NCBI RefSeq assembly: GCF_006345805.1
Contig: NC_043008.1
Location: forward strand, 10,664,001-10,728,000
Source of the DNA: Octopus sinensis
Lineage: Eukaryota
Reading direction: 5' to 3'
Length of the DNA: 64,000 nucleotides
Positions 54,260-64,000 of this stretch are shown one piece after another. Position 1 is the first letter of the stretch. Every line of letters starts with the position of its first letter. The translations under genes and the position numbers were made by a program. The notes beneath the pieces are model-generated. The model was not told the DNA's origin. It worked only from the letters and a program-made list of their open reading frames with translations, and did no database searches.

Positions 54260-54769
54260 AGTTTATAAATAGTAGCTTGCCTTTAGACAGAAAGCTGCAG
54301 ACAATTCGGAATGTAAAATTGAAATAAGCGTATTTCTCTGTACATTGGTTCAAATAAAGCAACGGTACAAAACAAGCGGAAATAATCCGGTGATAATGGA
54401 ATAAATTTAGTTTCACTTGAGTGGTTAAAGAATGTTATCTAAAGACGTGAACGGATTTTCACTAGATTCTGCTCAATATCTCCAGATTGGTCAAGCACAT
54501 AGTATAACATGCACGTTGTTCTCTCCGAATGTTCCAGCTTTGGAAAGATTACTGGGAGATATTTTAAAATAATGTTTTGCACGATCGGATTTGATTAATT
54601 TTTTTTTTCAGTTTCGCATGGAAAGATGTCGACTGCTGAAGTACTAAGATCACTATAAGACGATCTGCGAGCCGGTTTCAACTTCCGGTTGAATTTCCAC
54701 AAATTTATATTACACCGCTAATGTCTTAACATGTCAGACATAAATTCGATCGTTGATTTTTCATTTAAT

Positions 54770-55098
54770 ATTGATTTAAAATTTTGGCATAAGGCCATCA
54801 ACTTCGGATGAGAGGAAAAATCTATTACATCGACCTCAGTGTTCGACTGCTACTCTTTTCACTTAATATCAATCCTTTCCGGGAGGCGGCGAGCTGGCAG
54901 AATCGTCACCGTGTCGGAAAATCTGCTTAGCGGCATTTCTTCCAACTTTATGTTCTGAGTTCAAATTCCGCCGAGGTCGACTTTGCCTTTCATCCTTTCG
55001 GATCGATAAAATAAGTACCAGTCGAGCACTGAGGTTAATGTAATTGACTCACACCCTCCCCCGAAATTGCTGACCTTGTGCCAAAATTTGAAACCAAT
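54770..55098. mobile_element. Minus-strand SINE A tail fragment (54770-54855) next to a plus-strand full SINE A (54882-55098)
   Basis: Family cores and tail-2 motifs in opposite orientations. Confidence 0.85.
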
Positions 55099-55130
55099 AT
55101 TATTTGAATTAACACCAAAATCATATGCAG

Positions 55131-55213
<83 letters not shown>

Positions 55214-55420
55214 GTTTTGGGCAATCAGTAAGTTGTCATAATAGGACTCAAAGTTTCAAACGCCGGGGCTAAAAGCTACGATGCATTCTCATTGGCTATT
55301 AAGACAATAGACGCTATAAAAATCGTTGATTGTCCTAAACTATACATTTATAAATTCCTCTAGTTACTTAATATCGAGGTCTCACTCTTTTGTTGTTATA
55401 TTATTATTATTATTATTATT

Positions 55421-55767
55421 ACTTTTTTTTTCCTTCTTTCAAATTTGCTTCCATTTCTTGCCGAGTGTCTTCCCGACTCCTAGGGCAAAGAAACTCATAG
55501 TATACATTGGTAGGCCATTAAACCAAACTCAGTAGTTCGTTCATTTAAAAAAAAAAAAAAAATTTCTTTTTTTAAAGTTAAATTAAAATACATGAGCAGC
55601 AACAGTTCTCACATCGACAATGCTCTTCTCAATACGTGTGATGTACCAGTTCAGACAATCTTTTGCACTTCTTGCAGGGATGGTAAGCCAGGGATCATTC
55701 TCATATAATTTTCGGTTCCCTTCTTGATCATTCCTAGTGCTCCTACGATCACTGGTATTGTAACCGC
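55421..55767 (-). mobile_element. 5'-truncated R4/Dong-like non-LTR retrotransposon 3' end within a (TAA)n tract
   Basis: Minus strand 55767-55609 reads AVTIPVIVGALGMIKKGTENYMRMIPGLPSLQEVQKIV*TGTSHVLRRALSM* (PIVIGALG...QK..L.GT..ILR pattern), then 3'UTR and an A-run; (TAA)n on both sides. Confidence 0.8.
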
Positions 55768-55834
<67 letters not shown>

Positions 55835-55850
55835 TATTATTATTATTATC

Positions 55851-55882
<32 letters not shown>

Positions 55883-55888
55883 TATTGC

Positions 55889-55970
<82 letters not shown>

Positions 55971-56003
55971 ATATATCTATATCGATCTACGTATCTATAT
56001 CTA

Positions 56004-56065
<62 letters not shown>
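55768..56065. repeat. (ATT)n followed by (CTAT)n microsatellites
   Basis: Read directly. Confidence 0.96.
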
Positions 56066-56068
<3 letters not shown>

Positions 56069-56097
56069 CTCTCTCCTCTATATATATATGCGTATAA

Positions 56098-56190
56098 TGA
56101 CCACTAAGTGGACATCCAATATGCTAGAAGAAGATCACCTAACTAAAAAAGAAAAGAATGTTCTCTAGAGAAATTCAGCAGACACCAGAA
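56098..56190. mobile_element. Diverged half-copy (one arm plus loop) of the 27033-27248 foldback family
   Basis: Shares ACCAC.A.GTGGA and TATGCTAGAAGAAGATC, plus a GTTCTC..GA.AA.TT.AGCA loop-like segment. Confidence 0.65.
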
Positions 56191-56204
56191 CCCTCATCAC
56201 CCTC

Positions 56205-56262
<58 letters not shown>

Positions 56263-56751
56263 ACAATTTATTCGTGATTAGAGTTGTTCGAAAACCGAGC
56301 TACTACTATATTTGAAAAATACATTAACATCACGCACTCTCTTTCACTTCTCTTCAAATGTTTGTCAGTCAATACCAAATGCAGAAGACAGTCTTGATCT
56401 ATTTGAGTGAATTGAACTATCTAGCACATTGGTTGACACACAATATCAGTTGAAACACGAGTTCAATCCAGGGTTTCTAAATAGTTAAGAATCTCATTCG
56501 AATTATTTCCTATGTGTGTCAACTCATTACTCTGTTTCAAAAGTCAATATTTCAATATATGAACATGAATAATAATATTTGAAGAATAAATGCGATGGGT
56601 TATTTGAGGTGTTAGTAATATTGCTATAGATTTGAATTGAAACTACTTCGATAAAAAAGTTAATACAACTTAGAACAGAGAAGTAGATATATAATTCTAT
56701 TGAATTGTATAGTTTAACCTAAAAAATGAAAGAATCAATGTATAAAGAACT

Positions 56752-56782
<31 letters not shown>

Positions 56783-56954
56783 ATGTATGTATATATACAT
56801 ACATATACATATATATGTATTGTGTGTGTATATAATACACACACATATATGTATGTATGCCTGTATACACATGGATGTAGGGAAAATAATCAACGTTGAA
56901 TTCCAAAGATAAAAATGAGACACAGATGGAGTAAATGCTATGAAAGCGAAGGAT

Positions 56955-57182
56955 GGCAAGAAAGAAAGAGAAAGTGAGAGAGAGGGGGGAGAGAGGGAGA
57001 GAGGGAGAGAGAGAGGGAGAGGTAATTTAAAGACCAGAAAAGACAGGAAGAAAACGACAGAGAGAAAGAGAATAAAGAAGTGCGAAATATATGGCTAGAG
57101 AATAAATGAGAAGAGAAGAGAAAGATGGAGAGAGAGAAAGATACATAGAGAGAGAGAGATACATAGAGAGAGAGAGATACAT

Positions 57183-57216
<34 letters not shown>

Positions 57217-57320
57217 GAGAAAGAACGAAAAGAAAGAAAGAGAGAGAGAAAGAGAGAAAGAGAGTAAATGAAAAACAGAGGATGAGAGATAGTTAGAAAG
57301 AGAAAGAAAAGCGTGAGAAA
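56955..57320. repeat. GA-rich low-complexity tract
   Basis: Read directly. Confidence 0.9.
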
Positions 57321-57986
57321 ATAGATTTTGTTGGAATGCAAAAGAGAAGGAAAACTAGATATTAATGTGAAAAAGTAAAGAGAAATTTTGAATAGAAGAT
57401 GATGTGAGAAAAGCTGATTAACAAGATAAAGTGGAAGTTAGCAAATCTAAGCCGTCTGATGAAGAAGTTCGGTTTATTTAAGACTTCTTTTGCAAAGCCA
57501 TACAAATGATGCCAATGTAAAAGCTGAGAAAGAGATAAGAAACTACTTCGTCGCCCATATTGAAGATTATCGTCTGTTAAACACAAACTAATATCTCAGC
57601 TTTTTCTATAGTTCTTTCATTAAGACTTACTTTTCATTTATTCTTAGTCACTCACCTAGATCACAATATTCTTTAGTCTGTCAGATTGTCACATAGACTT
57701 ACCTTTTAAAAATATTTAACCCACATTTAGACCTCAAATTTGCAAGTTCGTTAGATTGTAGGGTAGAGTATGACCGAGGTCAATTTTTGCCTTTTTATCG
57801 AGTCCATAAATAAAGTACCCGGCCATTTTGTGATCATTCTCTCACGTTCTCTTTCTCTTTTTGCTCTTCTTTATTCCCTCTCTATTTATCTCTATGTTTC
57901 TCCCTGTCTTTCTTTTTCTCTATTCGTAAATCAAAGACCTAGTTCTATCATATTGTGTCGTACTAATTGAATTTGAGAATTGTCCT

Positions 57987-58310
57987 GAGGTGGCGAGCTG
58001 TCAAAATCATTAGCACGCCGGACAAAAAGTACTTAGTGGCACGTCGTCCGTCTTTTCGTTCTGAGTTCAAGTTTCGCCGAGATCGACTTTGTCTTTCATC
58101 CCTTCCGGGGTCGATAAAATAAATACCAGTTGAACACCGGGGTCAATGTGATCGACTTGCCACCGCCCCCGAAATTGCTTGCCTCTGCCAAAATATGAAA
58201 GTAATATTACATGTGTCTATGGAATGGTTACTCATTTTACACGTTAATCTTCTGAGTAGGAAGTTAGTTGATGAAACAACCGCCTGCTCATCGTCGCGAC
58301 CGACGGAGAA
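57987..58310 (+). mobile_element. SINE family A (57987-58200) followed by a decayed family E-like tail
   Basis: Head and core motifs; CATGTGTCTATGGAATG...CACGTTAAT...GACCGACGGAG. Confidence 0.8.
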
Positions 58311-58904
58311 TCGATCTTATAAAAATTCATTTAAATCGTAGGAAATCGAAATCATAGTTGTTTGCTCTAAAGAAACACTCAACATAAATTGTGAATCTTA
58401 ATAACGTTAATAATAATTAAAACAAGATTCTCTTGATTTATGAAATTAAAAAAAGAATTCGCTTTACTGTTTATTTTTTATGCTGTAGGCAACCCTGGAT
58501 ATTTTCCTCCAGTCATTCTTTTAAATTATAATGCCACACAGTGTTCATAGATGGCTATCTATGGCTATTCTAAGCCAATTCTAAGATTTGATAATAACAG
58601 TCGTACTGTATTTCGACCACGCGGTGTAATATGACCAAAATATATCCAAAGTTTTCACTGTAATGGAAAGGATCAACTGTTTCCCGCATTTAATGTTTTC
58701 TAATCCGTTAAAATTCAAGAGTTACTTCCCCGATCTTTTTGGCCCGAGTTAGCAATTACAAGGATATTTTTCTTGTGGCATTGGGTATAATTTTCAGCGA
58801 AGTTTGTTGGTGCTCTACAGCATATATGTTAGTGATTTTCTCGCTTTATAATTATAGTATTAATAATAACAGCAACAACAAAAATAATCCTAATATTTTT
58901 TTCA

Positions 58905-59095
58905 GATTTTCTGGGGAGGGAGAAAGGCGATTACATCGATTCCAGAGCTCAATTGGTACCTATTTTATTAATCCCGAAAGGGTGAAATGCAAAGTCGACC
59001 TCGGCGGCAGAATTTCAACTGAGAACGTAAAATCGGCCGATATGCCCTGAACATTTTGCTTGGCGTGCTAACGATAAGCCAAGCTCGCTGTCTTA
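58905..59095 (-). mobile_element. SINE family A
   Basis: CCCGAAAGGGTGAAATGCAAAGTCGACCTCGGCGG core and head on the minus strand. Confidence 0.85.
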
Positions 59096-59617
59096 ATGGT
59101 AATATTAATATTAATAATAGAAAGCATGTGGAAGCTAGATGTCCCTCATTTGATAATCCTAATATTGTGGTGATAGATCTAAAACGATTTGTTGAAAAAA
59201 AAAACAAAAATATAGTTTTGTAATTATCCTTCCTGCAATCAACCTAGGTATCATCCGTTGGTCATTAATAAAGTATCTGTTTAGAAACGATCAATTATAC
59301 AAAGATGGAAATTTGTGTTAAAATAAGAGTTAGAAACGACATTAATAAAAAAAATGATTGTTTCTTACATAAATCACTTCTAGATTCAGGCTTTCACATT
59401 TCATAGTAATTCGTAACTTAAGATTCTTTTGAGTCGGGTAGATGAAGGAAAACTCTTCCGCCTTTCATGTAGATCCGTATATTGCTGAGAATATTCGTAG
59501 AAAGCTTGCAACTTATTCTTTGCAATGAGTTGGATTCAGGCTTGTAGAATTTAGTGTCTTTTCAAGGGGATCAACACAATATTTACCTGAGTAATGGTGA
59601 AGCGTATAGGAGTAAAA

Positions 59618-60028
59618 AAAGCCACAGTCGAACCAATTCTAGTATATGGCTCAGAAACCTGGACGTTATCAAAGAAGCTTGAGAGGCGGTTGGATGGAAC
59701 CTACACTCGCCTCCTTATGAGAGCTCAAAATCTCTCGTGGAAGCGCCATCCAACCAAACTACCACCTGTGTCATCTCTTGTGAAAGGTAGGAGAGTCCAG
59801 TTTGCTGGACATTATTGTAGAGCTGAAAAAGAAGTAATTTCTACTCTTCTCCTCTGGAAGCCATCTACTCGCAATACCAGAGGGCGCACACTCTCCTACC
59901 CTGATGTAATCTCCAGGGATACAGGCATCCAGCAACAGGACTTCCGTAATGCCATGATGGACCGTGAAGTCTGGCGTAGCATGGTAAATTCCATTGTCTT
60001 GACCACGGTCGAACAATGATGATGATGA
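59618..60028 (+). mobile_element. 5'-truncated, little-decayed RTE-clade LINE 3' end with (TGA)n tail
   Basis: Open frame KATVEPILVYGSETWTLSKKLERRLDGTYTRLLMRAQNLSW...QFAGHYCR...LLLWKP...GRTLSYPDVISRDTG...AMMDREVWR; stop at 60017-60019 runs into TGATGATGA; A7 runs on both sides. Confidence 0.92.
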
Positions 60029-60047
60029 AAAAAAGGAACCTCTAGGT

Positions 60048-60288
60048 CAGTGTTTTCAACTGAGGTCCCTTTCCATATAAGATTTTGTTGTTAGAATTAT
60101 GAGCAATTAATTACTTATGCTTCTATAATACAACAAATATTTTAACATTAAAAAAAAATAATTCCTAGGGACATGTAATTATAAAACTATGATAAAATAT
60201 TTTAAACATTGAATGAGTATGAAGGGTCCACCTGATTAAAATAGGAATCAAAGCGGTTCATAGATAAAAAAATAGTTGAAAACCACTG
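60048..60288. mobile_element. hAT (Charlie-like) MITE
   Basis: TIRs CAGTG-TTTTCAACT and AGTTGAAAACCACTG; 8-bp flanks CTCTAGGT and CTCTACAG (5/8 match, TCTA core). Confidence 0.75.
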
Positions 60289-60434
60289 CTCTACAGGGTC
60301 ACAAATCTGCTCCAAACAGCAAACAGAGGGGTTTGAGGGGTCTTGTTGGCGCTCATTCTCAGTTATTTGACATTAGGCATTTTAACGTTTGTCTCGTTCT
60401 CCTCCCCGCGCTCTCATTTTATGTGTATGAGCAT

Positions 60435-60880
60435 CTCTTTTACTCTTTTACTTGTTTCAGTCATTTGACTGCGGCCATGCTGGAGCACCGCCTTTAGTTG
60501 AGCAAATCGACCCCGGGACTTATTCTTTGTAAGCCCAGTACTTATTCAATCGGTCTCTTTTGCTGAACCGCTAAGTTACGGGGACGTAAACACACCAACA
60601 TCGATTGTCAAGCTATGTTGCGGGGCGGGGTGGAACAAACACAGACACACAAACACACACACACACACACATATACATATATATATATATTTATATATAT
60701 ATACATGTACATATATACATATATACGACGGGCTTCTTTCAGTTTCCGTCTACTAAATTCACACATAAGGCTTTGGTCGACCTGAGGCTATAGTAGAAGG
60801 CACTCGCCCAAGGTGCCACGCAGTGGGACTGAACCCGGAACCATGTGGTTGGTAAGCAAGCTACTTACCACACAGCCACT
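60435..60880 (-). mobile_element. SINE family B, near full length
   Basis: Near-identical to 15561-15960. Confidence 0.92.
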
Positions 60881-61786
60881 TGCACATGCAATCTCTCTCT
60901 CTCTCTCTCTCTCTCTTACACACACACACATACACACACACTCTCTCTCCTTCTGTATACGTATATTTCTCCTCTCGTGCATGTGGTTGTTTGCTCTCAG
61001 CCCCTAAAGGTACCGTCGCCAAAACAGGTTGAACATTCAAGCAGCCATGCCAAATAGTCCGTGCCCAGACACCTACACCTAACCGTTTTTAAACATTAAA
61101 ATTTTCCCACCTCAATGGTGAAAATAAAAGAGTGATATAGATGCTAACTTTATTTTGTTTTTTTCATTAACAAAGAAGCGGAGGAACAAGGGCTCTTTCG
61201 ATCCGAAATTTTTTAAAAAAAGGTCACAAACTGTAAGCAAGTATGCTAAAATATTATGTATTCAATAATTTCGCTTCCATTTACAATCAGACGTATCACA
61301 TGTTTTAAAATTAAACGTGGAACTGGATTTGATTAATTTAGCTTCAAACAGGAACAAATGAAATAGAGAAGAATGAGAACTGACATCGTGGAATATTTTA
61401 TTAACCTAATCTGCCAAGGATCAAAACAAAGCAAACAAAAAAAAACAAACAAAAAACAAAAACAAACAAAAAAAAAAACAAGAAAGCGAAAGAGTAGAAA
61501 ACTAAACTTTAAAAAAAATTTAACAGGGGAAATTAATCTTATTTAATTGATTTTGATACGGCTTTCAAATAATTATTATATTTTAATTTCTAAATCAAAT
61601 TTTAATCGAATGTACTTTTAAACGAGCGACACTTTTACACAGTCACATGATCAAAGTCTGAATATGAGCAGAAAACCTATTTGTCAATCTGTCTGTCAGT
61701 CCACACACACACATACACACACGCACACACAGAGACACAGATACACGCATACAAACGCATACAAACACGTAAAAAGACGTTCATAT

Positions 61787-61822
<36 letters not shown>

Positions 61823-62034
61823 CAATTATAGAAGACTATTATAAGGACAGTGGTTATTAGAGAAAACAGCATTAAAGGAAAATCTGCTCGTGCAATTCTT
61901 GTAGAGATTATCATGTCTTCAGATGCTGAACTTGTAATTGAATCTGTGATAAAACATTGTCCTGTTGATTTGTTTGTGTGATTTTAGTTGTGAAGGGCTA
62001 AAATGATGGGTAATATATATACTTATATATACAT

Positions 62035-62375
62035 GCCCAGGGGTGCCTGTGTGGTAAGAAGTTTGCTTTCCAGCCTCATGGTTCCGGGTTCAGTCTCACG
62101 CACTGTGGGCAAGTGTCTTCTACTTTAGCCTCAGGTTGACCAAAGCCTGCTGAGTGGATTTCGTAGTTGGAAACTAAAAGAAGCCCGTTGTATGTGTGTG
62201 TGTGTGTGTGTGTGTGTTTGCTCCAACCCCTCAGTAAGATAGAAGTCGACTTTGCCTTTCGTCCTTTCGAGGTCGATAAATTAGGTACCAGTTGCGTACT
62301 GGGGTCGATCTAATCGATTGGCCCTTTTCCCCACCAAATTTTGGACTTTGTGCTTAGAATAGAAAACAATATAGC
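62035..62375 (+). mobile_element. SINE B 5' half (62035-62195) and 5'-truncated SINE A (62243-62375)
   Basis: GTGTGGTAAG...GGTTCCGGGTTCAGTC...GGGCAAGTGTCTTC; GTCGACTTTGCCTTTCGTCCTTTCGAGGTCGATAAA. Confidence 0.82.
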
Positions 62376-62742
62376 GTCCAATGGCGAATTCCTGTAGCTC
62401 CTTGCTACGTGTCTTAGCGACTTAACGAGTTTATGCGGTTATAGTGTATAGTGATAGTAAGCCCGTGGTAATACACGTTCGAGTTGCCATTGAACCATTT
62501 CCCATTACACTTTGTACTGGGAAGGTTGTGATGATCAGTAGCTTGGAGACCAATAGGCGCCTTCAAATTAACACCATGTTTCTCATGGTGGATGGCCTCA
62601 TCAGGAGATCATGTGAGACTCTAAAAGGGGAGGAATAAATTGCCATATTTAATAAAATGAATATGGTTTTAAACATTTAAATTTTTCCAAAGATTGATAA
62701 GGATGCTAACTATATTTTGTCTTTTCATTAGTAAAAAAGTGG

Positions 62743-62958
62743 AAGGCCGCGAGATGGCAGAATCGTTAGCGCATCAACCAAAATACTTAACTGCGTTTCT
62801 TTCGTTTCTTTTTGTTCTAAGTTCAAACCACACCGAGGTCATTTTTGCCTTTCATCCATTCGGGCTTGATAAAATGTACGTCAGTTGAGCCTTGGGGTCA
62901 AGGAAATCGACTAAAATTCCGCTCTTTAAAAATGTTGGTCCTGTACCAAAATTTGAAA
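62743..62958 (+). mobile_element. SINE family A, diverged
   Basis: GGCCGCGAGATGGCAGAATCGTTAGC head and TTTGCCTTTCATCCATTCGGG core. Confidence 0.8.
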
Positions 62959-63689
62959 TTATTAATAGAGAAGCGGAGTGCAAAAAGTTTTAAAAAAATC
63001 ATGCGGCTTCTCAAGTTTCGAACCACTGGATTAACATATGCTCTTGAAGACTATTTTTTGTGATATTCGATGTATTTTCCTTCATTTTTCTTCAGAGATA
63101 CAACATATAAAGCACAGAGTGAAATATTTCCGCTACTGCAGTTTAAGATCCGGTTTCATAATATACTTGCAAGAGGCGGATGGGTTATTAAAGAGAACTA
63201 GTAAAGATTTTGGAAACAAAAATATTAATGACACCCACTTTGAAAATTGTTCATCTACATTTTACTCTACTACTTTTGCTCATTTTCACTATAACTACAT
63301 TCCTATTAAAATCATAGACAAGACGTTTGTTTAACGACGAAACTAGATTTTTGTGCATAAAATTCTGAAAACCATTTTTTGCAATGAATTTTTCTTGTCT
63401 TCTTTGCTTAGAATTTGAAGCTTCAGCTTTAGAAAATTAAGCCAATTACTATCCTACTGCTCAGGTTTTAAAAACAAATTTTCTAAAGAGAAACCATGAA
63501 GATAATAATCCTCTAAGACCAGAAAGAGATAACCATAGAATAAATTCTTTAAAAATATGCTCTGTATGTTAAACACAAACTAAGATTTTAACATGTATAT
63601 ACACAGTCATAGTATATTCTAGTTAGGTTTTGATTAGGTCCATGCAATACGTGAGCTATTTGTATATATTTATATACATATGGTGACGA

Positions 63690-63810
63690 ACGGGCAGAAT
63701 GGTTAGGGCGGCAGATGGAATGTCTTGCATTATTTGTTTCGGTCCTCAAATCTCTGGTTTCAATTCCAGCCGAGGTCATCTTTACTTTTTATCCTTTCGG
63801 TGTCGACAGA
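63690..63810 (+). mobile_element. SINE family A, decayed and 3'-truncated
   Basis: GGCAGAATGGTTAG head and CCGAGGTCATCTTTACTTTTTATCCTTTCGG core. Confidence 0.65.
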
Positions 63811-64000
63811 AAGTGTTTTACTCCGGCGGATCGTGAGAGGGGGATTGTTAGATGGACATGAGGGATGTTTTACGGTATCCAGTCTGGCTCTGAATTTTGA
63901 GGGCAACATTGGTGTATTCGTGTCAGTTTCTGTTGCCGTTTGCTTTTTACTTTGAATATAGATGGCATCGCGAGAGGAGACTTTGACGCGTAAGCATTTA

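Noticed and set aside
62400-62640. Possible LINE endonuclease remnant (SHYTLYWEG) or hammerhead (minus-strand CTGATGAG)
   Set aside because: The motif is too short with surrounding stops, and there is no stem II closing before GAAA
63096-63200. Exon candidate with a strong acceptor (also 17577, 18081, 30917-30950)
   Set aside because: Weak or ambiguous donors and no recognisable peptide; expected by chance in 64 kb of AT-rich DNA

Overview
AT-rich eukaryotic non-coding DNA, most likely from an octopus genome (inferred from the tRNA-derived SINE families and the extreme microsatellite load). No intact protein-coding gene, rRNA, true tRNA or CRISPR array can be supported, and almost all long ORFs in the track are translations of simple repeats. 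The window holds: a 7.3 kb (AAT)n array and a 2 kb (CACT)n array; about 30 SINE copies from 3-4 families, many as multimers; fossil fragments of at least five retroelement lineages (three RTE LINEs, a Tx1/L1-like, a CRE-like, an R4/Dong-like inside a (TAA)n tract, and a Gypsy pol); a tandem pair of non-autonomous Helitrons nested between 162-bp inverted repeats; several MITE or foldback elements; and Penelope-type repeats with degenerate hammerhead-like motifs. The most interesting signals concern mobile-element mechanics: apparent GGTATTT-targeted or self-targeted SINE insertion, a 49-bp target duplication, and a Helitron with a possible replacement 3' end. A possible promoter near 43.2 kb and a few exon candidates are weak and unproven. 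All family assignments come from motif recognition by eye, not from database searches, and boundaries are approximate unless TSD or TIR positions are given.
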